A DNA stretch of 64,000 bases from Patellaria atrata CBS 101060 (GCA_010093705.1 MU006098.1:572666-636665); one strand, 5' to 3'. Counted from the stretch's first letter, positions 23,678 through 37,700 are shown. The notes: generated from the sequence alone by a model not told the origin. Translations and numbers: made by a program.

Positions 23678-24734
23678 TCGCATAGCTTGAGTGCTTTCAA
23701 GTCAGAATCCTCAAGAATATAGATCTGGAGTCCCAGATAATCCATTCACGTTCAATATACAGTGATACACCAAGTATCGCGCCGGCCTTCTTTCTAATTC
23801 TGTCTATTACAGTACTCTTGATCCGTCTGCAGGGCCGTAGGTTGTAGTTGGCATATTTTGATCCTCATTCAAAGGGTTATACTCTAATCACCCACCATTG
23901 GAATCCAAAGGAAAGCTTGATCAGGCCACGGCGGAGCTCCTCCGCGCGCCGTCTCGCTCAATTAACCAGAGCATAAATAGACTTGGTTGACCAAGCAAAG
24001 AGGTATCAATTAGAAATTGCTTAGAGAACTCTAAAAATGTTCCAAAGCTAATGATGATAGAACATTGGTAAGGGGGCAAGTGAGTCTCTACCTAGGCTTA
24101 GCAGTACAGTTCCTTCACTCTCCAAGTCATGAAAACCATCTACTTACAGAATCATCTGCTGCATACAACTCTATCAGTCATTCCGTATTCTTGAATCTCA
24201 GTGCTCAGAGTCAAAGTTCTCCTCTCAGGCAGTTCATCTACCTCACTATTGAATTTCGGCTTACAATAAAGTTATTCTCGGAAGGGCCTGCAACTCAACT
24301 TTGCCTAATGATCAGAGTGTACGAACTATCCGCGGTTGTATAATCGTCTAAATATAAACAATCTCGACACCTTATGAAAAACCAAGCCATAAGCGTACAC
24401 TGGGTTGTAGATAGATAGCGTGTATTGACGAAGGATATAGACTGACAACTATCACGGCAGACAAAAGTATATTGACACTCTCAAATTTAGAGCTGTTATA
24501 TGATTATCCGAATGACTAACGTCTTTGTACGGTCCAGGTCACTCAATTCGAAAGAGGGAAAAGTACAGTAAAACATCTCTCCCGTTTGCGATTAAGATAA
24601 TCAAGTGGCCGGATTCGTCCCGGAACGATGCTGAAAATCTGGGGTTCCGCTTGGACCCTTGAAACCTTAGAGTATATTCCCGGTTCACATTTATTAATTA
24701 ATATTGCAGGGATACAGAACATTCGATTCTCTTT

Positions 24735-24743
24735 TCCACCAAC
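24735..24743 (+). promoter_or_regulatory. Putative GaaR/GARE-like pectin-response element (TCCACCAAC) upstream of the rhamnogalacturonan lyase
   Basis: Contains the CCNCCAA core ~510 bp upstream of a pectinolytic gene; CreA-type CTGGGG at 24639-24644. Confidence 0.35.
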
Positions 24744-25250
24744 ACCATTGTATAATTGTATTAGTATGCAGCGACCAAATGGATTCCCCTACAAATACAG
24801 TTTTCGATTCTAGAATTCTAGTATATCTCATGAGCAAGGTATAACTTTTAGAAAAGGTACAGCTAATTATTAATTCATAATCGATACATGATTTTATACA
24901 AAAGAAAAAAAAGAAAGGTTAGTGCAATCCTGACACGAAGACCTGATCGATGATTACGCTAACGACCGTAGATTATTGGGTGTTGTATAGCTTCTGATCT
25001 CTAATTCATGGAAAAGAAATGTAGATACCACGGGCCTAGCTTCGTTTAATACACCTCGTCTCTCGTTGGACATAATATAAATCACTCGTTCTCAAGGATC
25101 TCCTCGTGACCGTTAATAGTGGAAGACGGTATTAATCATAATCTTCCGCCTGCACAGTAAAATATATAAAATCACTAGCCACTTCTCACCTTAGAACTGT
25201 GGAATGTCTTCACCTACGACCTCGGTCACTGTTGTGTAATTCATTACAGC

Positions 25251-27353
25251 ATGCGTATTATTTCGACCATAGCTCTCGTGCTGCTGCACTCAGCGCGAGC
25301 TTTAGCAGCTTTCGGATACACTACGTCGGGTAACTCCATACGTGTTGATACTGGAGGTGGGCTGGTATATGATGTTAACAAGTCGGTTTTCCGGTTTCAC
25401 GTTTGTTAGATCTTTCTCATGGTTTAGGTCTAACGGCGATATAACGAGTCTCAAATATAATGGCGTCGAGTATCAGTCAAATGTCAAAATGTCCGCCATC
25501 AATTCGGGCCTCGGGACGTCTACGGTTTCTGCAGCGATGGTCAATGGTTACGTCAAGATCACAATAAAAGCGGGAGGTCTTCCTGTAACGCATTATTTCG
25601 TAGCCAAAAGCGGGGACCCTACTATCTACATGGCAACGTATATCACTGGAGAGGTTGATCCTGGTGAACTCCGCTGGTTAGCAAGAATGCGGAAAGAAGT
25701 GCTCCCAACAGGTGTGCATATGCCTGTATCTGAGATCGCAGGCTGCACTGCTTTCGAAGGCAAGGATACATTCAAATGTTCAAATGGACAAACGCGTTGC
25801 AAGATGTACTCCAGCGATAGGTTCATCGATGACATTGTCCATGGCGTTACTGGTACTAATGTTGGTATTTGGATGATCATGCCCGGAACCGCATATGAGA
25901 CTTCCGCAGGAGGGCCTTTCATGCGGGATATCAACAACCAGGGTGGTGATCAGCAGGAACTATATTGGTACATGAATAGTGGACATGTCCGGACTGAACC
26001 GTGGCGATTGGGTCTTATGGGCCCTTATGCAATGACATTCACGTAAGTTCTCGCAATTTCATAATCGCTTGAAGTAGTGCTGACACTGAGTGTAAGTACT
26101 GGGGCACGTCCATCTGGAGACCTTGACACGAGCTTCTTCTCCGGACTTGATATTCAAGGCTACGTAGCGAAGAGTGGGCGTGGTACTGTTTCCGGTTCCG
26201 CTACCGGTGTGCCTAGCAAGTTCGAAACTGTGCTCCACTGGTATAATGACAAAGCTCAATATTGGACTAAGGCAAGTGGAGGTAAGTACACATCACCTCT
26301 AATGAAGCCAGGATCATACGCCATGAAGATGTATCGGGGAGAATATCCCGTTGCCAGCTCCACTGTATCAGTGACCGCTGGAGGTACTACGACCAAGGAC
26401 ATCGCGTCAACCGAATCAAATCCTTCTGTCATATGGCGTGTCGGGGAGTTTGATGGACAGCCCTTCGAACTTAAGAACGGGGACAAGATTGAGCGTATGC
26501 ATCCGTCGGATTCAAGAATGTCCTCGTGGGGTGGAACTTACACTGTCGGCTCCTCGAGCTCTAAAGATTTCCCTATGGCCCTTTTTTCAAAGGCTGGTGG
26601 AACTGCAACAATCAACTTTGATCTCGCTTCCAACCAAGTTGTAGCCACCACTTTGCGCATTTCCACGACTTTGTCTTTCAAGGGGGGCAGACCAAATGCG
26701 AAGATCAACAGCTGGCAAGGAAATGATCCGGGAGCCCCTGTGAGTACTGTAATTGAGATCTCTACTAGAAGTTCTGTACTCATTATATACTCAGAAACTG
26801 ATTGACTCCCGTGGTGTAACTCGTGGCGCATACCGGGGCTACGGTGAACAATACTCCTGGAATGTTCCCGCCAGCGCCCTCAAAACCGGCCGCAACACGC
26901 TGACTCTCGGCGTGTACGGCAGTGGCGACGCAGAGTTCTTAAGCGCGAACTATATCGTTGATGCGATTGAGCTGCAAGGCCCTCGGGGAGCTAATAGTCC
27001 TAGTGAATCCGATTCAGGAACTCCTAGTAGTCAGGTGTCTTCGCAGCCAGTGCAGACCCCGAGCCCAACCCCAGACCCAATCCCAACACCGGCACCGACT
27101 CCGGAGCCACCTAGCGGAGGGGGTTGTGAGCAGAAGGAGTGGGCCCAATGCGGCGGGGTGAACTTTAGTGTATGATTTGTCCCAAAACTCTGTGACCCAG
27201 CTTTCCTACAAACGTACTGATAATGTTTAGGACTGCAAAACATGCGCAAGTGGACTAAAATGTGCATTAATCAATGGTAACCTCTCACTTGAAGTCTCTG
27301 GATACACCTGCTAACCTGAGACAGATTATTATTCTCAATGCCAGAAAGCTTGA
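25251..27353 (+). CDS. rglA: Rhamnogalacturonan lyase (PL4) with C-terminal CBM1
   Basis: Signal peptide MRIISTIALVLLHSARALA|AFG; GELRWLARM, KMYSSDRFIDD, ETSAGGPFMRDIN, WYMNSGH, RMHPSDSRM, DSRGVTRGAYRG; S/T/P linker; CBM1 WAQCGGVNFS...YYSQC. About five introns. Confidence 0.92.
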
Positions 27354-29147
27354 AACTAAGAAACCATATTATGTACATAATATTCGATCGTTTCTTTCAC
27401 GAAGGTGTCGATTTATTAAATGTGTTTTTGATTTCCTAAACCTGTGCTCTTAGAGGTGAACAATGAGAGCACAAGTGATATCTCTGAGAATGTCTAACCA
27501 ATAAGAGACGAGCGCCAGCCCCTTGACAATTAAATTCAAGGTTCTCCAACAGTCCTTTAGTACAACACCCGATAAATTTCGTCCGCATCGAACTGTGACG
27601 ATTATCTTACTTCCAAACTCCTCTCCGCTGCCACTCTCACACTTCTCGGTCTATGAACAAGCATAGCCGATAGCTAATATGGCAATATAACACCCCCTTT
27701 TCATATCAGTGCTATTCCTTATCTCCTTGTTTCAAGAGCTAGCTTTATTCTAATCACACTATCAATTCGAGTTCTTAAACTTAGAACATATGCCGCGGCT
27801 CCTACCGTACGTGTCGGCAGAGGGTATAGAGCCGAAAAAATACTCAAAGGTGAGGGGGCCAAAAAGGAGCAAGAGAAAAATACTCGGATCTCATGTCGGA
27901 TTTAGCGGAAGACTCTGACTCTTAATTCCACAGGGAATGGGTTGAGTTGGATTCGTTTCCCTGAACAATATCATTTAAGCCAGTGGATGAAAGAAACGTA
28001 AAGACCACAAAGATCAAGGAGAGGCGCAGGGCCGGAGGGATACTCAATCCTAGGGAATATGCGTAGACCAGAAACTGAGAGCCCTAGGATAAATCCATTA
28101 GAATCTCCAAGCATAAATCCTTCCGAAGCATCGAAGACGGCAAATATGTCTCTTTCTTCCTTACTGCTGTGTTCCTTCTTTTTCTGGAACTCTTCTTCCG
28201 AACCACATACGGTGGCATTCCACCCCTGAGTTGGCCCAACCGAGGCGCTCTGCATGGAGTGGACCATATTTATATCCCTCTTATGCTATCAAGGCAAATT
28301 CGGAATCGACTCCCCAATGACTTTCAAGAAGAGCGGATGGATCATCCAATTCCACCGCGGAGTTCCGCACACCATGTACACCTTTCATAAAGCACAGGTT
28401 TTCTGCAGTAAGCAGCTCAATTCGTTCATGTTAACCTGGTACGGACACGCAACTCTCCCGTTGACACGTTCCTTAATTTCCCGAATATTTGAGCATAAGG
28501 CCCTACATTGCGTGACTGTGTATTTCTCTATCCAGACACGTGCCAGATACGAAATCGCCTGCTATTTGCCCAGCCGCATCCAGGCTACAACCATCGAAGA
28601 AGCTTCAGGATATTTGTTGTATCGCCGGTTGGATGCCGAGTTTTCTTTTTGGGTGTACCTTGTAATGTCTAGGACATTGGATGCACTCCTCATTACTGCC
28701 ACACCGGCTGCATGAAGACTCTCACAATTCATAATAGTTGTGTAAGTGTTTGCGTCTAAGACGAGCAACTGCAGTTGGTTTATTGTGGGTTCGGTGATAG
28801 GTTCAACCAGCATCCTGTTGCATACCGTAGATAGCACTCATTCGGTTGTTCATCATCCAATTCTCTTTGAGTAGTTAAATTCCCTTTCTCGTTTGGGAGA
28901 ATACCTGACAAAGTAAGACGTGTGGCTACGGGAAGGATCACGCTGTCCACCGTATGCAACAACATGTGGACCAACAGCTTCAGAACGGTAATTTCTGCGG
29001 GGTGATCCTGTAAATTAATGAACCTAGTCGTAGCCTTTAAAATCCGGTTGCGCTCGCATTCCACGGTCGAGCTATAGGAATTTATTCGAATTCAGTTCAC
29101 CAGCAACTATACTCAGGAATCGGTATCAAAATACGCAGCGAGTAACT

Positions 29148-29997
29148 ATGACAAAACCTATCCGTGTACATATGTGTCGTACGTTACTTCTTCTCAAGCG
29201 TCTTAAAAATATATTAATCCATTCACAGCTCCAGGGCCGAATCCGTGGAAAGTCGTTATCATTCTGGAGGAGCTGGGTATACCATATGAAATCCATTCAT
29301 TCAAATTTGATGCCGTCAAAGAAAAGCCATTCACAGACCTCAACCCCAACGGTCGAGTCCCAGGTAAGTTTTCAGGATGGTAACGTAACAACACGTTTCC
29401 TAGGCTAATCGTTACTCAAAAGCTATCGAGGATCCTAATACCAATATTGTACTATGGGAATCCGGTGCCATTATTCAGTACCTGGTAGAGGAATATGACA
29501 CCCAAAAGGCCTTAACGTACGAAGCTTTGAAAGAGAAACATCAGCTGACCCAATGGCTCATGTTTCAAGTGAGCGGTCAGGGACCTTATTTCGGCCAAGC
29601 CAGTTGGTTCAACGTTTTACACGCCGAAAAGATCCCTTCAGCTATTGAGAGATACAATAACGAAGTCAAGCGAATCCTTGATGTTCTCGAGGGTTGCTTA
29701 GAAGGAAAAGAATGGCTTGTTGGCGATAAGATCACGTTCGCTGATCTTGCATTTCCAACCTGGAATGATAGAATCGATGCAATCATACTCTGTCCTCCAG
29801 AAGCCAAGTTTGAAGCTCATCCAAACGTGAAGGCGTGGCACGAAAGAATGACGTCGAGACCGTCATGGAAGAAGGCTATGGAGACGAGGGCAAAACTGAT
29901 GGACGAACAAGGGTTGATGCCCAACGGTATGCCAAAAGGGATCACGAACATGGCTGAGTATGAGGCGAAAATGAAGGCAGATGCTGCCATGCTTTAG
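29148..29997 (+). CDS. Glutathione S-transferase (Ure2p/GST-II-like)
   Basis: PGPNPWKVVIILEELG, NPNGRVP, WESGAIIQYL, QWLMFQVSGQGPYFGQ, WLVGDKITFADL; two introns (~29168-29229, ~29364-29421). Confidence 0.92.
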
Positions 29998-31394
29998 CTA
30001 AAAGACAAATATATTGATAAACAAAATGGAGAATCGGCAAGGGATATGCAGCATTACGTACCTCCGCAGGAGCGAAGCAAGTCACAGAACGCAAGCTGTG
30101 AAACGTTCTAGTGGTCGTTGCGATATACCTAGCTTAGAGAAGAGGCTGAAGAGCTAGATAGTTCGAGATGGCTCTAAAAATATACGAAAAAAATAACTAC
30201 TCATGAAACCCTGTACTATAAGATACAGCAAACAATTTTCTACGGTGTTTAGCGCATCCTAAAGTACGATTCAGTGCAAAAATACACCCAATTATCATCC
30301 ATGTGATTCTCTCCTCGACATAGGATTTCTTCATACGAAATGGGGACGTGATCTGACGGGTATGTTAACGACCGTAGAAAATCAATTGCTGTACTTGACA
30401 GTACGTACCGAGGCATTCTACTCTTGAAACAATTTATGAATACTGAAAGTACGTTTTTCGTATGTTAACCTCACAAGTGCGGACTGGAGATCTGTGGCAG
30501 AGCAAGACTAAATCTTCAACTGTCAAGAAGGTCGTATAGATCATGTGTCCGCTTCCGAAATCGTTCTAAACTCTAGGCTTGTTTTTGATAATGTATCTCA
30601 TACCTGCGGTGGATGCGTCGCAAGGCGGTACGATTGCATGAGGGTGATAGGCTAGATTGCCTTCTCAGCGTGTTATAGTACAGGATTCCTGTCTCAAGAA
30701 GAGTATTACTGTATCCGTTAAAATTCTCAAGATGTCATCATAGAGATTGACAGCACAAATCTGGGGTATCTTGAGCCGCTTTTTGGGCGGTGCACCGGAT
30801 CTTTGCCTGGCCTATAGAGAATATCGGCAAGCCTAGAGAGAACAAAGCCTGAGCTAAAGAAGATAGGGAAAAATCGAAACGTTGGTAGGTGACAAAATTG
30901 TCGAAACCAAAAATTTAGTCTGGTCAATTGGAACACAATTTCTGAGCGATTCCCAATCTCTGTAAAAGCATCTTCAGTTCCTTAAAATGATATTGGTGCT
31001 ACTTCTACTAAGGTACTCAAGTCGAAATTTGTGAAGTCAAAGTAAGCTTCCAATCCAAATTTGAATTGTGAGAGGGCGGCACGGCTTGGCTGCACAGTCA
31101 GCATATTCAATCTGCACGCTAGCGGTATTTGGCCCTTTTTATTCTCCAGCTGCCCGTCTTCGTTATAAGTTAAGCTATCTGTTTGCCCTACAGTCTTTAA
31201 CTGACTCGATTATTCGACGGTTGTTACGACCTGAGTGATGTGATTTGGTTTACCCTGAGTTCTGGCCGTACCGCCCTTTCCCCCGCTTTGCCCTTGTATC
31301 GAATTTTGAATCGTTTATTCCCCAACGTAGAACTACACATCCATGGGTTACCTTGGCCTGACCATTACTGTAACGTAAATTTCATACACCAATA

Positions 31395-32530
31395 ATGAGT
31401 TCTGACCTGTCCTTTCAAACTGTCCTTGTTGTTGGAGGAGCCGATTTTCTTAGGCACCATCTTATGCAAGATATTCTAAACCTTATACCCATCAAATATG
31501 AACGCGTTCACGTTTCTGTCATAGACCTCAAATAAATAACAACCCCATCCAAGCAGTCAACTATTATGAAGTCGACATCAGTTCTCGTTATGATGTCAGT
31601 CGCGTCTTGCAACAGGTCAAGCCTAAAGTCATATTCCATACCGCAACACCAAATCCCTTCACCCCAGACCATACTTTACTGGAAAGGGTCAATGATTTTG
31701 GTACTCGCAACCTAATCAAATGCTCGAAAGAAGTAGGAACTGGCAAGGCCTTCTTCTACACCTCAAGTTCATCTATTGTTCGCGATCATCGGAATCCTCT
31801 TGTCAAAGCTAAGACCTCCCAGTCTAAGACCTCCCAGTTCTCTACTTTCCACGGCAACCCGAGTTCTACTCACACACCAAAGCACTTGCTTAAAGGTCGA
31901 TCCTCGCGGCTAATCGCACCGGGAATGATATGTTGACCGTTACCATACGCCCGGCTTCTATTTACGGAGAAGGAGATGAATTAACGACAGGTAACCTTAT
32001 ACGCAATGCTAGATCCGGTCACGCCAACATTCAGATCGGATCCGGAAGAAATATGTTCGACAATACGTATGTCAAAAATTGCACTTACGCTCATATTTTA
32101 GCTGCAGAAGCTCTTCTGATAAGCTTCTGCATCTTCTCCCCTTCTAAAAGAGGAGCGAGTTGAAGGTGAAGCTTTCTTTGTCATTAGCGATGATCCGCAT
32201 TTCTTTTGGGATACTAGTCGGCTTGTGGCCAGCATTGCAGAGTATTCTGTAGAAGAAAAAGATGTTAGAACCATTCCTTATTGGTTAATGATGCTGATTG
32301 CTTTCTTGAGTGAGTGGATCTATTGGGTTGGTACACTAGGGAGGAAAAGACCAAAGATGACGAGATGGGTTGTTCGACTGGTATCTATGGAGAGGACCTT
32401 TTGCATCGAGAAGATCAAAACGAGACTGGGATACCGACCCCTATTCAATACCGAGGAAAGCATGAGGCGAGCGGTCGGTTGGTTCTTAGACCAGGATCAT
32501 GCTGATGAAACAAGCAAGAAGGTTAAGTGA
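31395..32530 (+). pseudogene. 3-beta-HSD / C-3 sterol dehydrogenase (ERG26-like) pseudogene
   Basis: Motifs VLVVGGADFLRHH (degenerate GGxGFLG), VIFHTA, GTRNLI, YTSSSS, YSHTK, IRPASIYGEGD, FDNTYV, VEGEAFF. Disrupted by stop plus frameshift at ~31533, a 15-bp duplication and frameshift at ~31810-31840, in-frame TAA at 31891-31893 and a frameshift at ~32120. Confidence 0.85.
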
Positions 32531-32881
32531 ATAGAGGTCGAAAGGTCCGGGTAATCAGTTGTAGAGAAGCACAATGTAACACAGTAGACAAAGGTTATCA
32601 GGCAATAGGTAGTGGTACAGGGGGTGGAAAACTATAACTCATAATTCAGATCAAGGTATTTCACTTCAGCATGTAGAACTAATCGGTTTAGAAAGGAGTG
32701 AAAACAAAGTCAGTGTTAGTTCATCCAGACGTGGCGTATCTTTGTCCACTCACCCAGCTTCACGAATGACTTGTTCGAAGTTGCATATCCTAAAGGCACA
32801 GAATAGTTTGTGCTTATCGGATCGCCAGTAAGACGGTTATTGTTGTACCCTGAGTACAAAGCCGGCATATCTCTAGCTACT

Positions 32882-33381
32882 TGTTACAACGGGAGTCTAT
32901 ACTTATCAAGACAGAACTAGATAAGTCTAGAAACGCGCCTGGCTTCTCACTTAACGTGGTCAACCACTAAGGTAGGTTTGGCAAAGTGATAGGATACGTA
33001 TAACAAAGGCACTTCAAGTTGACGACACAACTTGCTGACTCCTTGACTTCGGGTAATGCTCACAATGAGACAAGACGTACTGTATGGAAACAGCGTAACA
33101 AGTGAAGTCAAGTTCAAAACCGTAACATCCAAATCTATGGGTAAGATTGATGGTAAGAATAACTACGAAGAATCTAAATACATGAGGGAAAGACCGTCCT
33201 TAAATATCCCTATCTTCCATAGTCAATTTGGTGGTGCTCCCACTGCTCCCGTGCTCCCATCCAGGGATCACTGGTAGCATGGGATCACGTCACGTGATCT
33301 CCGTGCTCGTTGTTCCGTTCCGACGTTCTCGTGCTACCACCCCACTGGTGATGCACCTTCTGCTGTCCTGTGGCCGTAACA
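32882..33381 (-). mobile_element. Solo LTR (500 bp) with 5-bp target-site duplication CTACT
   Basis: Termini TGTTAC...GTAACA (6-bp inverted repeat); CTACT at 32877-32881 and 33382-33386; second family member at 1-387. Confidence 0.92.
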
Positions 33382-34747
33382 CTACTGAGGTATAATAAGA
33401 ACGTAAGAATACCGTTTAAATAATCTTTAGACATAGAAAAACGATTAAGATCTCACTGTCATTATAATAGACTTAAGTTTCGCGGCACCAGTCCTATTCC
33501 AAAAAAAAAAAAATCCCGTAAAAACACGTCATTTTCCATCCCTTTCCATCCTATTTTCTCTACTATCTCCGTGCTGTGTCTACGTACATGTATTACTTTA
33601 GCGAATTCTATTTAATATTCAGATCAGGGCTAGAGAAGATTCTATGATATGTTACAGACGGTCTTGCTTCATATAATATTCTGGTAAGTTGTCCCCAATC
33701 CAGTGAAGGCTCACGTCGTCAATTTCTTTTTGTAAGCCGCGGGCGTCATTGTCTCTACTTACGGCTCTCCGGACCCGGTCGCGCTGATAACTTTCTTTTC
33801 CAACTCTCTTTTCTCGCCCCCCCCCCCTTTTTTTTGTCTTCTCTCAAGGTTTGGATATACAACATGATCACTCAGACCCATAGCTGCCCTTAGATCCGTA
33901 AAAGAAGAAATCGTAACCATTTCAAGAACCATACAAGAGAGAAATCGTGCCTGGAGACCGTGATAGCCCACCCTTATCCCCATCTCCCCCAATCTTCCTA
34001 AGACGCTTGCAAAAGCCCTACCACAATCGACCTCCCTCATCCCTCCTCATAATCCCCCAATCTAACGACAGTACATACCCTACGAAACCTCACCCCCAAC
34101 CCGGCGCCCAACCCCTCTCCTCTCCAAAGGCATCCCCAAGCACTTCCCTGTACCTTCTATCCCCCTTGTATGAGTCTCCTAAATGACTATCAACACCCTT
34201 CTGCGAAGGGAGGAGAGACCCAGTGTCCCTTCGACCTACCTATGTACTGTACGCTACTACGCATTGTCCACAAAACGGTATCCCCGTTAGAAAGGTAAGT
34301 TGAGTACCGAAACCCGGGAGGCGTATTACTACTACTTTCCCACACCTTCGTACTGTGATCTATATGTATGGTGCACTTTTACCCCAGGAGACACCTTGAT
34401 CAGATACCAAACACATACCTCGGAGCCGGAACGATACAAAAAACCAGGATGTGACAATTCCGTCTATGCTAAACTACTCAGTGCGGATATACTAGCGCTG
34501 CATATGCAAACCACCTATCCTATCCTATCCTATCCATGCATGCCATCTAATGACTGGGTATACTGTACAAAAAAACGCCCCTCCCCCCCCCCACCACCAC
34601 CACCACCCTCAGGCCTCTGACCCCGTTCCCTAATCCTCCGTCCCTCCATCAACCCCCTAAGTCCCCAAAAAAAAACCTTCAAACACCGAGAATCCCCTAA
34701 AACCCCATAATCCCTCTACCCCACCTGTACAGCACCCCAAAGGGGGT

Positions 34748-37700
34748 CTAAACCCTCTCGTCCGCGAAATCGACGACATCCATGTCATCTTCGAAGAAGC
34801 CATCCTCGTTCTCCCCCGCGCCCGCCCTTCTCGTACGCCGCGTCGTGACGACGATACCTTCCATCCCCTGCTCTACACCCGTCACCACACTGGCGACGGG
34901 CGCTCCTCCATCGACTCCGCTCGCCGCTCCGCTCTCACCCATGGTGGACCCGCCGGGTTCACCTAGTAGTGGGCCAGGCGCCCCGCTCACGACCGTGGTT
35001 TCGGAGATGTTGTCTCCAAAGGTCCACAGACCGGGAGGGGAGAGATGCGAGTTGGAGCCAATGGAGGATCCCGAGTCGTAGCTGGAGAGAGCGATTCGGG
35101 CATCGGTGTGGAAGGGCTGGTACGCCGGGGTGGATTCGATTTCGGCGTACGAGAGGGCGGGGTAAAGATGCTTGTTTGCGGCATATCGGGTGCCGGGCAC
35201 ACGGAAGGACCAGGAACCGGCCGTGTTCAGACGGAACGCAGCTTGTACATGGGGCGGTTCGTCAAGGATTGCTTCGATGGCCGGCGGGAACATCAGGTTC
35301 GGGAGGCGGGGCAATTTAAAGCTGACCGCGTTCTTTTTTGTGATGACCACGCTTTGGCCTTGACTCTTTCCTTTGGTTGCGACGTCTTGTACGGAGAAAA
35401 CGTGTAGTTGTACCGTACCTGCGCCGACGGTGCCGATAAAGCCTACTTCTTTGCCGATCATGAACTTGATACGACCTGGAGCAACACCGTCTTCAGAAAT
35501 ATCAAGTCGTAACTTGTTATCTTCTGCGTGCCGAATATGGTATACAGAGTTGAATGTTGCTTCACCAACAGACTTGCTGAGGCCAGCTGCGAGTGCTTTG
35601 CCAGACCTTGCGCCAGCAGCAGGTGCCATACTGAGGCCACTTGCGATACCCGGTCCATTACTAGAACTCCGCGAGCGAAGAGCATCTACAGAACGCCGAG
35701 ATGTATCTCTAAGAGCACCAAAAGCCGAAGTCACTGATCCGACAGCACTCCTACGTATTTCAGATTCATTATTACCTGGCCGTTGCGAGGGAAGACGGCT
35801 CAGTGATTGTCTATGACGTCGCGGAGGAGGCCAATTGGAGGCCGATAACTTGAGCGCGTACGTATGAACGGTTCCTTTGTCCGTCAACAATGCAAGCTTA
35901 GATTCTATGGGGTAGCTCCACGTCGCGTCGACAATGTTGGTTACAGTCACACGAGAGAACTTCTGGACCATACGAACAGTAGGTGCGTTGGCACCTTTTC
36001 CCTCTTTTCGGATATTCATGAGATCCCACACGAATTGGATGTCGCCTTTTGCACTCACAGTCACCAACATCCTTCCGGAAGGACCCAGAGCGAGATGGCT
36101 ACAACCTAAGGGCGGTTGAAAAGTTGCTACAGGAGCCAACGCATTCTTGTGGCGTACTGTTTGGTTGCAAATGAGACGATGGAGGTCGTAGATGGAAACT
36201 AGTGGTGGATCTCGAGCTGCTGTTGAGACCGATTGGAACATTGGATTCACAGGTGGAAACCTTTGAGGATCTAAACCCGAAGGACCACTAGGGTAATGAT
36301 CCGGAGGCATCATTGATGGATTTTTGGATGAGCTTTTGTTCAAATACTGCTTTACGGCTGAGAAGCCCTGTCCGACAGCCCAAGAAGCAACTTTCATGGC
36401 TTCCTGAGAAAAGTTCCGCACGGCTCTGTTGAGCAAGCTATCGTCATCTGGCATTTCAACCCCGCAGGTATTATTAGGAGGCGGAGGAGCAACATGATTA
36501 TCAACATATGGAGGTTTTGGAAAAGTCCTTGACTTAAGTACGGTGCCATTTACAGGCTGACATGAGGCGGAGTTGGGTGGAACCACAACAAGCGAACGCT
36601 GATTTAGTGAATACAATGGAACAGAAATACGTGTTGGGACATCTGCAGTCGGACTATTAGGTTCACTTGAACTTGAAGAGCTGGAACTTGAGCTCTGCTC
36701 CCGGTATTGAAGAGTGGTCCAGACTTTTCCGATGCAATGGAAGCGGGATGCTGGACCTGTTTCGTCCTTGGAGGTGTGCGCGAAAATATGAAGCTCGCCG
36801 CTGACGCCGGAGATAACGATGATGAATCTACCGCTTGCGTCGACTCTGAGATCGCCAACAGGAGGAGGCGGAGTGAACAATGAGTCCGTATATGCCGTAC
36901 TGATATTGACAGGTGGGCTTTTATACAGGGTTGTAATATGCTGACTGGTCCTTAATGAATAGATTTCAACGGATGTTTGATACTGGGAAAGCCCAAATAC
37001 ACTTTCAGGACCGCGAAGAGATGATAGAGAGTCAGTTATCGCCGTATCATCGTCCCGGTCCCTTTCGTCGGGAAGCATTATACCGTGGACAATAAGTGCA
37101 ACAAACGGTCTGAAGTCGCGATCCGGGTCATTCTTATCAGACCATGGTATGATTTTAGCACCTAACACACCTCCCCTTAACCCATTGATTTGACCAACAA
37201 GACTTGGTTCCTTTTGGTCAACCTTATACACGTTCAGTGATCCTTCGCTACCAATCAAAAGGACGTTCCAGGTATGGGACGACGGAACGTCCCCAGCAAA
37301 AGATAGACTATCAAACACACAGGCATAGCCATTTGATCCGGGCAGTTTCCCGTTCCGCTGCATATCAAGATCAAAGTCGATATTTTGTCTTCGGTTGAAA
37401 TGTGCTTGGGGCATATGGGGCGGTGGGGGATGCTCGTTGAAGTCTAATCTCAAGCCAGTCTGCGAATACATCGACGCACGCCTGTCTCTGGACGTCCCTG
37501 GGGATGTGTGCATACGTCCCCCAAAGTTTGAATATGGGAGAGGTTGACTGATTGGCCTAAAGCGACCGTTTGGAACAAGCCCATCAACTGGGGGTGAATT
37601 TGACATGTCGCGATTTGTAGACTCGCTGCGATGTGCGGAATGTCGCTGGGTGATACCGGCAGGTGATGGACTACCACGAGTATTTGAATTCTGACCAGAC

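Noticed and set aside
27790..28990. Possible degenerate Zn2Cys6 transcription factor (CRGSYRTCRQR near 27791; FSFWVYL near 28640)
   Set aside because: Only two weak fragments with no full Cys6 pattern or continuous frame; needs tBLASTn to support.
1..33381. Two LTRs as ends of one giant retroelement or a Starship-like element
   Set aside because: The right LTR has its own TSD on both sides, the U3 regions differ, and no gag/pol or tyrosine-recombinase captain gene is seen.
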